Shown: positions 35,930-44,924 of the stretch, one piece after another
Position numbering within the stretch: position 1 is the first letter of the stretch
Layout: the number at the start of each line of letters is the position of its first letter
IMG/VR virus record: IMGVR_UViG_2896850075_000002
Direction: 5' to 3' (one strand)
Origin: a virus
DNA length: 64,000 nucleotides
Program-made: the position numbers and the translations under genes
Notes under the pieces: generated by a model
Seen by the model: the letters and a program-made list of their open reading frames with translations, nothing else
The model's database searches: none
What the model was told of the DNA's origin: nothing

Positions 35930-36145
35930 CTAGTTTTCAATATTTAATACGCGGTAAATTTTTTGTCGAATATCGATAGACTTAGGTGACATATCCGCAT
36001 GAATTGCTCGATTTACCTGTGTAGGGCCCTCACCAATCAATTTGGCTAATTCAACTTGACTCATATCACGTTCAAATAATCCAATCTTAATTTTGGTCGT
36101 AATTGCTTTGGCACCATTAATTAATTTTTCCTCAGTCATTTTCAA
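35930..36145 (-). CDS. Cro-like repressor
   Basis: HTH (MSQVELAKLIGEGPTQVNRAI), divergent from CI. Confidence 0.85.
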   Translation of the reverse strand: MKMTEEKLINGAKAITTKIKIGLFERDMSQVELAKLIGEGPTQVNRAIHADMSPKSIDIRQKIYRVLNIEN

Positions 36146-36185
36146 CCCTCCTCAGTAATTTATTTATCAAGTTATTGCATTTTCT

Positions 36186-36360
36186 ACCATATGTGATAAA
36201 ATCAATGTATAAGAAATAAGCATACAAAAAGCCATCTTCTAGCCTTTCCTACCAAAGTTACGCTGTGAAGTTGCCCGTTTCTTGTTGCTCAATTACTTGA
36301 TGAATTCATTATCAATCATTTGTGATAAAAAGTCAAACTTATATTCCACCATTTGTGATA
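36186..36360. promoter_or_regulatory. Three putative CI/Cro operators in the switch region
   Basis: A(C/T)CAT(A/T)TGTGATA at 36186-36198, 36315-36327 and 36348-36360. Confidence 0.65.
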
Positions 36361-36392
36361 ATAATTTCATCAATACCCTTAGGAGTGTTGAT

Positions 36393-36797
36393 ATGACTAC
36401 ATTAGAAAGAATAAAAAAACTTTCTAAGCAACGCGGATGGTCACTACAAACTTTAGCTGAAAAAGCAGGTTTAGGAAAAAATAGCATTTATCGCTGGGAT
36501 GCAAAAACACCCAGTACCGCTAGCCTACAAAAAGTTGCCAAAGTTCTAGACGTCTCTGTCGCCGATTTGCTTGGAAGCGAAAGCACTGTTCAATCGGATG
36601 AACCAAAACACATTGACGTTGATGACATCGTTAATAGTGTTGCGCCACTTACACAACGTGATCATGCTTTATCCGATGAGGACCAGGCTGCTATTCGTGC
36701 GCTTGTCAAAACTTACCTTGAAAGTAAGGAAGGACAAGACCGACTACGTAAATATGGTGGTTACGATAATAATGGCAAAAAAACTGATGGGAAATGA
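36393..36797 (+). CDS. CI/ImmR-like XRE repressor (no S24 peptidase domain)
   Basis: MTTLERIKKL..RGWSLQTLAEKAGLGKNSIYRW; start refined to ATG 36393. Confidence 0.92.
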   Translation: MTTLERIKKLSKQRGWSLQTLAEKAGLGKNSIYRWDAKTPSTASLQKVAKVLDVSVADLLGSESTVQSDEPKHIDVDDIVNSVAPLTQRDHALSDEDQAAIRALVKTYLESKEGQDRLRKYGGYDNNGKKTDGK

Positions 36798-36806
36798 AGT
36801 GATTAG

Positions 36807-37283
36807 ATGATTTATGACACCTTGCAAGAAGCGTTGACTGATATGGAAACGTTAGGAACTTGGGACCCTGATCGTCTAATCCGTCATTTTGGGATTGCTT
36901 ACCACTATACTAGTGACTTACCAGATAATATCAACGGTTACTCACTACCGTTGACTAGAACCTTTTTTATTAATGAAAATACTAAGTCACCCATATTTGT
37001 AAAATGCCATGAGTTGCAACACTGCTTACTCGACCCAACTGTTGAGCCACTCATCGATACTAGTATGGTCTCAAATTCAAAAATAGAATCGCGTGCGAAC
37101 CGTGGCGCATTCTATATTATGATTAAGAACTACTTAAATACGACTGATATTGAACCAGGCGATTTTAATATTCTCAGATTCGCTGAGAGCTACCAGCTCG
37201 AAACCAAACATTTATTATTTATTCGAAACGTAGCCGAACAGGAACTGGGTATTAAGATTAGTCAAGGCGTATTTAGTCTGTAA
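36807..37283 (+). CDS. ImmA/IrrE-family metallopeptidase
   Basis: HELQH HExxH motif, E..ANRGA; adjacent to the repressor. Confidence 0.9.
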   Translation: MIYDTLQEALTDMETLGTWDPDRLIRHFGIAYHYTSDLPDNINGYSLPLTRTFFINENTKSPIFVKCHELQHCLLDPTVEPLIDTSMVSNSKIESRANRGAFYIMIKNYLNTTDIEPGDFNILRFAESYQLETKHLLFIRNVAEQELGIKISQGVFSL

Positions 37284-37321
37284 CTGTAATTTAACCAGTG
37301 AATCTATCATAGAAAGAGGAA

Positions 37322-37738
37322 ATGTCCGTGAACCTGTTTAACAAGATTCTAAACATTTTTAGTAAGGCGAACATGGCTTCTGTCCTTGAAGAAGATAGTG
37401 AGAGGATAATAAAAGACATAGAAATAGAGGACCGAAATATAGAACGATACCAAATTCAATCGGGAAAGCTATACAATCTCTGGCACAGTAAAAACTATGT
37501 TGCTACAGAATCCTATGGATTAAAAATAATCGGCCATGGTAATTGGTTACCTGGCGTGTTTGAAACTATGGCCAAACTATATCGTCGACAGAAACGATAT
37601 AACAGTGAAATTGACATTCTAGAGGCTGGAATACAGGCACAAAAAGAACATAGTAACTCCGGAGTGGCAATCAGAGATTTTCAATTACGTATTGAAAGAA
37701 TTCACGAGTTACAACCGAATAGTAATAGCATAGACTGA
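37322..37738 (+). CDS. TPR-like hypothetical protein (lysogeny accessory)
   Basis: FETMAKLYRRQKRYNSEIDILEAGI helical-hairpin pattern. Confidence 0.6.
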   Translation: MSVNLFNKILNIFSKANMASVLEEDSERIIKDIEIEDRNIERYQIQSGKLYNLWHSKNYVATESYGLKIIGHGNWLPGVFETMAKLYRRQKRYNSEIDILEAGIQAQKEHSNSGVAIRDFQLRIERIHELQPNSNSID

Positions 37739-37843
37739 TATACTAAGTTTACAAAAAAGCGTTTCACCGCCATCAACAGTAAAACGCCTCAAATAACGTT
37801 ATGTTGCTTTACAAAAACAATTATATCATTGGAGGATATGTAA

Positions 37844-38416
37844 ATGAATATGAAAAAGGTCGCGACCATGGGGACAATTCTATTAACCGGGTTAAGCTTA
37901 ACTGCTTGTGTTAGCTCTTCAAATGAATCAAGTTCTAGCTCCAAGAAAGAATCAACTTCAAAAGTAGCAAAGTCGAATTCAAAAAAAGAAGCATCTAGCA
38001 AAAAAGAAAGCAGTAGTTCATCGAAGAAAAGTAATGATGCTAATGATATCCTTCAAGCTATGGATTCTAAAAAACTCGCTAAATTTAATGAAGACTTGTC
38101 ATCCAGCTTAAGCGAAGATCAAGGATTTGCGAACGATGGTCAAAAAGGATACGACTACGCAACTTACATTGACACCTTAGCGTATGACCACAATAGAGGC
38201 CTAATTGTAACAGTCAATGATGACTTTATGGGATTAAATGACGCCCAAAAAACTACTGTCGGACAAGGAGCACAAAAATTAGCTGCAACACAGCTCGTAA
38301 TCGACGGTATGGACATTGGTGCAGACAGTTCTGCCATCATGACCAATGTCCACTATGGTTCTGAAAGGGTCGGTCACTCAAAATCGTTCTCACCATCTAA
38401 TTTTAAATGGAAATAA
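37844..38416 (+). CDS. Lipoprotein, candidate superinfection exclusion
   Basis: Lipobox LTAC, Ser/Lys linker, position upstream of int. Confidence 0.75.
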   Translation: MNMKKVATMGTILLTGLSLTACVSSSNESSSSSKKESTSKVAKSNSKKEASSKKESSSSSKKSNDANDILQAMDSKKLAKFNEDLSSSLSEDQGFANDGQKGYDYATYIDTLAYDHNRGLIVTVNDDFMGLNDAQKTTVGQGAQKLAATQLVIDGMDIGADSSAIMTNVHYGSERVGHSKSFSPSNFKWK

Positions 38417-38455
38417 AAAAAGCACATCCCCTCCCGCCAAGAAGTCAGATGTGCT
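38415..38455 (-). terminator. Leftward terminator hairpin upstream of int
   Basis: AGCACATC/GATGTGCT stem; the A run on + reads as a U run on -. Confidence 0.6.
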
Positions 38456-38581
38456 AATTGAACAAATACATAACAAAGGATAACTCTACCCTTTTTATAA
38501 AATTAATTATACCTGAAAGGAAGTGATGCCACAATCCTTCAAATTCTACCCGCCTAGGTGAAATTTAAGGAGGAAATCAAA

Positions 38582-39745
38582 ATGGCAAGTATTACTAAAA
38601 GAAATGGTAAGTGGGCCGTCCGCGTCAGTTACTATGACGAATTCGGCAAACGATGCTTTAAAAACAAAAGTGGTTTCACTCGCAAAAAAGAAGCTGAACA
38701 ATGGGCTACCGAATTAGAACAAGCTAAGTTTGATAAATCCATTGGTAAGACTGACACAACGACACTCTTTTCTGATTACTATGAACGATGGCTAGAAACT
38801 TACAAATTTGGCAAAGTTGCACGAATTACCGAACAGGAATACCGATACACTCTCCGTCAAATCGCTGAACTTTTACCAAAGATCCAACTATCAGCAATGA
38901 CTCGGCTGCGGTATCAACAATTCATTAATGACTTTGTTCATGGTAACTCACAACAGCGTACCAAACGTAATCTTAAAGACGACCAGCCCTATCATAGTAA
39001 ATCATCCGTTGAAAAGCTGCACGGTCATATTCACGCTGCTGTTGTTGATGCCGTGGCTGATAACTTAATTAAGTCTGATTTCTGTCTGCACGCTGAGTTA
39101 GGCGGTCATGCGGGTAAATCAGCACAGTTAAAGTACCTTGATGCCGAGGACATGCAAAAACTAGCCGCTGAGGTTAATACGGATATCAAGTTAACCTCTA
39201 CCAGCAAATCAATGATCTACACTGGTTTACTAACTGGAATGCGAGTGGCCGAGGTTTCTGCACTCACTTGGCCCGATATTGATTGGCAAAACAAAACCGT
39301 ACGCGTTAATAAGTCATGGGATTATGTTTATGGTCAAAAATTCAAGAAAACTAAAACCGAATCGAGTATTCGGACAATAACCGTAACTGACGATCTTTTA
39401 AATCATCTTAAAACGTTACACGCTTTACAAATGGCAGTTAAATTGGACAACCCAGATCATTTGGTTTTCATGAATAAGCGTGGTCGTATTCCCTCTCCAG
39501 GTGCATGCGATAATCTGCTTAAAAAATACCACGACTCATTGGGTATTAAACGGATTAGCTTTCACGGCCTACGTCACACTCATGCTAGTTACCTACTCTA
39601 CTGTGGTGTGAAGATGGAATACATCTCAAAACGATTAGGTCACAAGAACAGTTCCATCACTCGTAACGTCTACGCTCATATGATTAAAGAAGACCAACGA
39701 CAGGAAAACGAACGGACCTTAAAAGCCCTCTCTCAGGTCAACTAA
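38582..39745 (+). CDS. int: Tyrosine integrase
   Basis: N-terminal arm-binding domain (W.VRVSY), TGMRVAE, HGLRH, RLGH, VYAH; SD AAGGAGG. Confidence 0.97.
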   Translation: MASITKRNGKWAVRVSYYDEFGKRCFKNKSGFTRKKEAEQWATELEQAKFDKSIGKTDTTTLFSDYYERWLETYKFGKVARITEQEYRYTLRQIAELLPKIQLSAMTRLRYQQFINDFVHGNSQQRTKRNLKDDQPYHSKSSVEKLHGHIHAAVVDAVADNLIKSDFCLHAELGGHAGKSAQLKYLDAEDMQKLAAEVNTDIKLTSTSKSMIYTGLLTGMRVAEVSALTWPDIDWQNKTVRVNKSWDYVYGQKFKKTKTESSIRTITVTDDLLNHLKTLHALQMAVKLDNPDHLVFMNKRGRIPSPGACDNLLKKYHDSLGIKRISFHGLRHTHASYLLYCGVKMEYISKRLGHKNSSITRNVYAHMIKEDQRQENERTLKALSQVN

Positions 39746-39747
39746 CA

Positions 39748-40011
39748 TGGTGCACTTTTGGTGCACTCAACAAAAATGATAGCGCTAAAAGGCTTGATAT
39801 CAATGATATGAGAGTGCACTCGAAAGGCTGTACTCTCCTTAAATTGATTATCTGTACCAGCCTTGAGCGTCGTCAATCGTTGAGTTGACGGCGTTTTTAT
39901 TTTAATTTAATTGTTTCAAAACGGCTTTAATTGATATAATGGTGCACTTTTTGGTGCACTTTTACGAAAAAACATCAAATTTCGACGATTTAGTGCACTC
40001 AAAAGTGCACC
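39748..40011 (+). other. attP: core CTGTACTCTCCTT (39828-39840) with GTGCAC-containing arm sites
   Basis: Seven GTGCAC motifs (TGGTGCACT direct pairs on both sides). The core resembles the 3' end of Lactobacillus tRNA-Ser(CGA), the mv4-type target, as recalled. Confidence 0.8.
39867..39903 (+). terminator. Intrinsic terminator just downstream of the att core
   Basis: GCGTCGTCAA/TTGACGGCGT stem followed by TTTTATTTT. Confidence 0.7.
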
Positions 40012-40113
40012 AAAAAAATCCACACCACTGTAACTCATTGTGCCCCAAGGGGTTACAGCAACGGTAAATGCACATGACGCCTAGGCGGTTAAAATATATG
40101 GAGTAAATAAATT

Positions 40114-40157
40114 AAAAAAGCCCCACACCAACCATTATGGTCAGTGTGAGGCTTTTT
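40114..40157. terminator. Bidirectional terminator after the lysin
   Basis: AAAAAAGCCCCACAC...GTGTGAGGCTTTTT. Confidence 0.75.
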
Positions 40158-40158
40158 G

Positions 40159-41067
40159 TTATTTCACATATTCAAGAGTATTATTAGCTGGGCCAGTTGC
40201 CATATAAGCATAGCCGTTCGGACGTGGTTGGCGCACCCAACGATAACCACCTTGAATGATAGCTTGATCAGTCTTGATGGTTGATCCCGCTGGCAAGACA
40301 GCAATAACACTGGACGCTGTAGAAGCGCCTGTTCGAAGTTTCACAGCTGTTTTGAGCGTGTATGTCTTCTGCTCCTTGACCCACTTTGGCCCGGCTGGCT
40401 TAGGCTTACTTGGCGCAGGTACAACTGTCTTAGTCGCTTTTGCATACTTGTCCCAAGCGGCTTTGTCACCGTAGAAAACGTTGAAATCAAGATTGCCACC
40501 CCAACCTGACAAGCGCCCAACGCTTGCGTATTGGAAGATGACCATCGACTTCCAATGCTTAAGTAATCCGTATAGATCACGTGGCTTGAACCCATTAACG
40601 ACCGTATCACGATTATACTGGGCCAACCATAGTCCATAATTAGCCTTGACAACGGACGACCAGTCCAATGAATTTTCGCAATTAATACCAGTATAGAGCA
40701 ACGGACGAACTCCAGTCTGGCTATAAACAGAATCAAGCCATTGTTTGGCTAGTCCAACGCCAACTTGATCTTGAATTGTCGAACCACTCGTGTTTTCGAA
40801 GTCCAGAACCAGAACAGCTTGACCGATATACGGCTTAGCCTTGGACAAAAAGTAGTCGGCCTGTTTCTTTACATCAACGTCATTTCGAATAAAGTGATAG
40901 AGTCCTAACTTTTTGTCCGCAGATAGAACTTGTTTAGCATGCCCGCTCCATGACGGATTCGTATATCCTGTTCCTTCAGTTACTTTCACAATGACGAAAT
41001 CACCAGCGATTTCATCAACATTCATGCCAGCCTGATAACTGGAAACATCAATACCATTTAAACTCAT
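40159..41067 (-). CDS. Endolysin: GH25 muramidase with SH3 cell-wall binding domain
   Basis: GIDVSSYQ, KVTEG, LDFE, FQY, DFNVFYG; C-terminal SH3_5-like domain (GYRWVRQ). Confidence 0.95.
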   Translation of the reverse strand: MSLNGIDVSSYQAGMNVDEIAGDFVIVKVTEGTGYTNPSWSGHAKQVLSADKKLGLYHFIRNDVDVKKQADYFLSKAKPYIGQAVLVLDFENTSGSTIQDQVGVGLAKQWLDSVYSQTGVRPLLYTGINCENSLDWSSVVKANYGLWLAQYNRDTVVNGFKPRDLYGLLKHWKSMVIFQYASVGRLSGWGGNLDFNVFYGDKAAWDKYAKATKTVVPAPSKPKPAGPKWVKEQKTYTLKTAVKLRTGASTASSVIAVLPAGSTIKTDQAIIQGGYRWVRQPRPNGYAYMATGPANNTLEYVK

Positions 41068-41351
41068 TATTCTACACCTCCATCTAATGCATGTGTAATT
41101 GATTTGAATACCTCATTACCGCCAACACTGACGGCGCCAGCAACTAAACCATCAACTAACCCTACGACTGGTTTAATATCGCCGTTCAGCCAACCAAATA
41201 CAATACCAATCACTGCCCCAATTCCCAATGCAATCATTGGTAAATACACATTCTTCAATGGTGTTTGCTTAACTCCCCACACGATTACAAAAGTAGCAAT
41301 CGCAATCATGGCAATAGTACCACCATTCAATAATTGGATAAATTCTTCCAC
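41067..41351 (-). CDS. Holin (copy 2)
   Basis: Identical to 2-286; adjacent to the lysin. Confidence 0.85.
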   Translation of the reverse strand: MEEFIQLLNGGTIAMIAIATFVIVWGVKQTPLKNVYLPMIALGIGAVIGIVFGWLNGDIKPVVGLVDGLVAGAVSVGGNEVFKSITHALDGGVE

Positions 41352-41557
41352 TATTTTTCATCTCGCTTCCTATAATATTCGATTATTTCCTGTTTCTTTG
41401 TGTTCTCCTTCTGTAGCGCCTCATTATCCTTTTTTAGCTTGGCAAGCGTGTTGTCAGTGGCCTTAGTACGGTTCAATATCGCCGGTGCTTGAGTTATCAA
41501 TGCAACGATTATCGAAGCACCAGCACTGATGAGGGCCACGAGTACGACGTCGCTCAC
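41351..41557 (-). CDS. Membrane-anchored coiled-coil protein (copy 2)
   Basis: Identical to 286-492. Confidence 0.65.
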   Translation of the reverse strand: MSDVVLVALISAGASIIVALITQAPAILNRTKATDNTLAKLKKDNEALQKENTKKQEIIEYYRKRDEK

Positions 41558-41561
41558 TATA

Positions 41562-41945
41562 TCAGCCCCCGATTACTATTTCATGGATCATCGATGATAA
41601 AACAAAAAATGCATACATCGATTCAAAACTTATTAGTTGCCCATTACCAGCATCGTGAAAGATAAAGGCGACCATAAAAAAGACCCACACAAATGTGAGG
41701 GCTCCTGTCATTACCGGTTTATAATATGGTACATCAATATTCCAGAACGAATAGACAACTGCTAACGTCGCTACAATCATGAGTATTGAAATCGAAGGTG
41801 GATCATCCATGATATCTAAAACCGTTGGCCGTGGTGGTACGAAGGCAAAGGTTACATTATGCCTAACGAGAAAATAGACGCCCAATCCATAAGTTTCTAA
41901 TGATTTCCACAACCAAAAACGATTCTGCTTTAAATGTGTTAACAC
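41562..41945 (-). CDS. Multi-pass membrane protein (copy 2)
   Basis: Identical to 497-880. Confidence 0.65.
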   Translation of the reverse strand: MLTHLKQNRFWLWKSLETYGLGVYFLVRHNVTFAFVPPRPTVLDIMDDPPSISILMIVATLAVVYSFWNIDVPYYKPVMTGALTFVWVFFMVAFIFHDAGNGQLISFESMYAFFVLSSMIHEIVIGG

Positions 41946-41958
41946 ATACTTTCATCTC

Positions 41959-42369
41959 CTAACCAGTCACCCAAACAAACGTACCGCCTACATAGTCAGT
42001 CACATCAAATTGTCCATCCATTGGGCTCTCAAAATTCAAATTTCCATCATTACCCAGTGTTAATGAAAATGAACGTCCAATTGTTCCTCTTAACGAGAAC
42101 GGGATAGACTGTTGTGGATAGAAATTCGTTGGTAATTTTGCAATGACAGCATCACGAACTAAGTTAGTAATTGACAGTCTCAAAACTACAATTTCGCCGA
42201 TTTTTCTTATACTTGTTTTTCCAATATTAGCTCTGTTTTCGAAACCATTGATTAACGTTAAGTCAATCCATCCAGTATCCTCAACCGCTGAACCAAGGCC
42301 TTCTAACATTCGGTTCAACGGTTCATCCCAATTTGCTTGACCATGATTAATAGTAGTGATGTTAATCAT
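41959..42369 (-). CDS. Short fibre paralog C (copy 2)
   Basis: Identical to 894-1304. Confidence 0.7.
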   Translation of the reverse strand: MINITTINHGQANWDEPLNRMLEGLGSAVEDTGWIDLTLINGFENRANIGKTSIRKIGEIVVLRLSITNLVRDAVIAKLPTNFYPQQSIPFSLRGTIGRSFSLTLGNDGNLNFESPMDGQFDVTDYVGGTFVWVTG

Positions 42370-42469
42370 AACTAACACCACCTTTATAAATAATAAAAGG
42401 GTTAGAAATACCGGTATATAGGCATTCTACCCCCCCCCCGTCATTTTCTAACTTGTTTTTAATTTTCAT
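42362..42469 (-). CDS. Poly-G leader peptide (copy 2, G10)
   Basis: Same as 1297-1404. Confidence 0.6.
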   Translation of the reverse strand: MKIKNKLENDGGGVECLYTGISNPFIIYKGGVSYD

Positions 42470-42626
42470 TCTTTTTATCCTCCGTTTCTGTGTCAGTCGT
42501 ATCTTCATTAATACCAACTAGCTCATTGTATTGATCCTCTGTTAGTAAACCGCCTAGTTTCAAAGTGCTTAAATTATCCGCATTATACAGCCCCATCGCG
42601 TAATACTGTTTGATAAAAATAAACAT
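42459..42626 (-). CDS. XkdX-family protein (copy 2)
   Basis: Same as 1394-1561. Confidence 0.8.
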   Translation of the reverse strand: MFIFIKQYYAMGLYNADNLSTLKLGGLLTEDQYNELVGINEDTTDTETEDKKNEN

Positions 42627-42976
42627 TAGTTAGTTCCTCCATTCTGTGCAGCAATTGCAAGCATTGCTTGAGCGTTGAACTGGTCTTGCGCAGTCTTGTT
42701 CTGCGCAATTTGCAACATCAATGCCGCATTAGTTTTATCTTGTTCTGACGGCTCCGGTACTGGCACTGGATGTGCTGCAAGCCATTCATCCTTATCAGTG
42801 CCATTCCATGTAGTCCCATCCCACGTAATTGGCTCGTATAGTCCATTTGTCGGTGCTACTGGCGTCGCGTTGCCTGGTAACGGATTAGGTAACTCATCAT
42901 CCGTCATAAAAAATTCACTGTGATCCAGCTCATTGTCTTCATTCCAAAAATATAATATTTGTGGCAATTTACTCAT
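42626..42976 (-). CDS. Fibre assembly-like protein (copy 2)
   Basis: Identical to 1561-1911. Confidence 0.6.
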   Translation of the reverse strand: MSKLPQILYFWNEDNELDHSEFFMTDDELPNPLPGNATPVAPTNGLYEPITWDGTTWNGTDKDEWLAAHPVPVPEPSEQDKTNAALMLQIAQNKTAQDQFNAQAMLAIAAQNGGTN

Positions 42977-43928
42977 CCCTTCCTAAATAATTAATGCCTG
43001 CAAAATCTAACTTAGTACCGTTTGGCAAGGCTTTGGCTACATATAGTCCATCATCCTTAATGGTTACTGGAAATTCGGTTTGACTAGATACATTTCGGCA
43101 TAATGCTGTGATGCCACCGTCAGCCCCCAAAAACTTATCTGGCATTGCTAAAATTCTCGTTGCTGCCGGAATATCTGCAGTTGCTACGATTCCAGAAGTC
43201 AAATGGACAAGATCATTCACACGTCGAGCAAGCGGTGCATCTTTTGCTTGATACAGGCCTTCCACCGCACCAACCATTGTCAAACGAACTAATCCAGTGT
43301 CTTCCGCATGAATATCGTTGGCCGCGGGTGCCCAGTACTCTGACTTTCCAACAAATACCTCACCAAAAAACAAATTGTGATCTACACCATCGGTAGACCC
43401 ATTGTTGTCAATACGGAATGCTCCCTGAACATTATTACCTGAATTGAAGCTAAGCTTATACAGAACTGCTTTAGACGGATTTGGAACAACACTCGTGGTT
43501 AATTGAATATTATTCAAATTATCATTTGCATCATGACAAATCATGTAAGCATCAAAGCTTGTAATACCGACAGCACCATACGCAATGAAATAGACATCAT
43601 AATTTGTGTTGGGTACCAAGGTATACTCATCCGTTATTGCAAAAACCTCCTCATCAACACCGGGCTTTTCTTTGTCATGTAAGATGCTGAATAAATTGAC
43701 TTTGCCATTCTTGTATAAGTGATTACGAATAACAAGAACTTTTCCACCAACGGGTGCGGACCAATGTTTAGTATTTCGAGGAGTTGCAGAATTTAAGATC
43801 AAATTTTGCCGACTAACTGGTCCCCCAGACAAATGAAACGTATCAGAGTCAAGGCCAGAGAAGTTATCATTGATAGTCTTTTCCCAATGTTCTTGACCAT
43901 AATCAACTTTTGCTAAACTTACTGTCAT
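42969..43928 (-). CDS. Fibre paralog B (copy 2)
   Basis: Identical to 1904-2863. Confidence 0.7.
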   Translation of the reverse strand: MTVSLAKVDYGQEHWEKTINDNFSGLDSDTFHLSGGPVSRQNLILNSATPRNTKHWSAPVGGKVLVIRNHLYKNGKVNLFSILHDKEKPGVDEEVFAITDEYTLVPNTNYDVYFIAYGAVGITSFDAYMICHDANDNLNNIQLTTSVVPNPSKAVLYKLSFNSGNNVQGAFRIDNNGSTDGVDHNLFFGEVFVGKSEYWAPAANDIHAEDTGLVRLTMVGAVEGLYQAKDAPLARRVNDLVHLTSGIVATADIPAATRILAMPDKFLGADGGITALCRNVSSQTEFPVTIKDDGLYVAKALPNGTKLDFAGINYLGRDE

Positions 43929-43979
43929 AATTGAACTTCCTTTCTCTAATTCAAAGCCGTTCAATTGTGAACGGCTACT

Positions 43980-44807
43980 TTACGAAATAAATACATGGTT
44001 AAAATTAATCCAAAATGTGTCGTCGCTTGTTTCTGAACAATATTGCAACTGAATTTTTCCATTGTAAAAATTCCAGCCATATTGAACTCCAAATGCTCGT
44101 GTATCAAAGTGAGTGTTAACCATTTGGTGCTCGCTAAACCAATCCGTAACTAGCTGTGGCAGCGTAGCAACGTTTAATGTTAGATTCCATCCCTTGGTAA
44201 TAGCGATGCCATTCACAGAACCGCTCAGCATTAACATATCAACTGCCCCTAACTGAATAATTCTAAAGGCGGGAGTATCACCTAAAAAATTACTGTAAAC
44301 TTTTGCACCATTCATTAGAGTAATCCCATCCCTAATCCAGCCAGTATCTGTGACTTGTGCAGTGTCCTCCACTGCTGGGCGCCAATCCGTTGCCTTATCA
44401 CCAAGCTCAACTTGTACATGATATTGACCGGTGTTCAAACTGACATTTCGTACAGAAATTTGCAGAATACCAGTATTATTTGTCGTTACAGTCAAAGGAC
44501 TTCCAGCTTTAACGCCATTAGTACCGGAAACTGCCTTAAATCCAGCGTTTCCTGCAAATAGATCCTGTGTTCCTTGGTCATCACGTGCTGGAATATTAGT
44601 AGATACCGTATACGTAGTATTGGCAGCTAATTGTAAATTGACTGATGGCATTTCCAAATAATCTTCCCGATACTGACTACGTTTGAATTTCTCCAAGCTA
44701 AAATAATTTCGGCCTCCGATAACCATATTGTTCAAATTTTTGAAATTCGTATTGATAACCCCATCCCAGCCTGCTTGACCGGAATCAATATTGGTGATAT
44801 TAGTCAT
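43980..44807 (-). CDS. Fibre paralog A (copy 2)
   Basis: Identical to 2915-3742. Confidence 0.75.
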   Translation of the reverse strand: MTNITNIDSGQAGWDGVINTNFKNLNNMVIGGRNYFSLEKFKRSQYREDYLEMPSVNLQLAANTTYTVSTNIPARDDQGTQDLFAGNAGFKAVSGTNGVKAGSPLTVTTNNTGILQISVRNVSLNTGQYHVQVELGDKATDWRPAVEDTAQVTDTGWIRDGITLMNGAKVYSNFLGDTPAFRIIQLGAVDMLMLSGSVNGIAITKGWNLTLNVATLPQLVTDWFSEHQMVNTHFDTRAFGVQYGWNFYNGKIQLQYCSETSDDTFWINFNHVFIS

Positions 44808-44864
44808 AAATCACACCACCATTCCAATATGATAAAGGGGTTAGAAACGTTGATAATACTAAGT

Positions 44865-44909
44865 TTATACCCCCCCCCCGGCGTTTTCTAATGTAGATTT
44901 AATCTTCAT
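44865..44909 (-). pseudogene. Frameshifted poly-G leader (G10, 14 aa MKIKSTLENAGGGV*)
   Basis: C run 44870-44879 has 10 C versus 9 in copy 1. Confidence 0.6.
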
Positions 44910-44924
44910 GTTTTTGTCCTCCCA

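Larger units (their letters stand above)
1..41065. mobile_element. Complete temperate myovirus genome unit (PBSX/Xkd-like tail), circularly permuted
   Basis: Full set of lysis, tail sheath/tube/baseplate, capsid, terminase, replication, CI/Cro and integrase genes. The sequence restarts at 41066. Confidence 0.95.

Noticed and set aside
36282-36392. N-terminal extension of CI given in the ORF track
   Set aside because: It overlaps the operators; the SD (AGGAGTG) supports ATG 36393.
39810-39842. tRNA gene at attP
   Set aside because: Only the 3'-end core is present; no D arm, anticodon arm or T-loop.
39748-40011. GTGCAC repeats as a CRISPR array
   Set aside because: The repeats are short and irregularly spaced, there are no cas genes, and the layout fits integrase arm sites.
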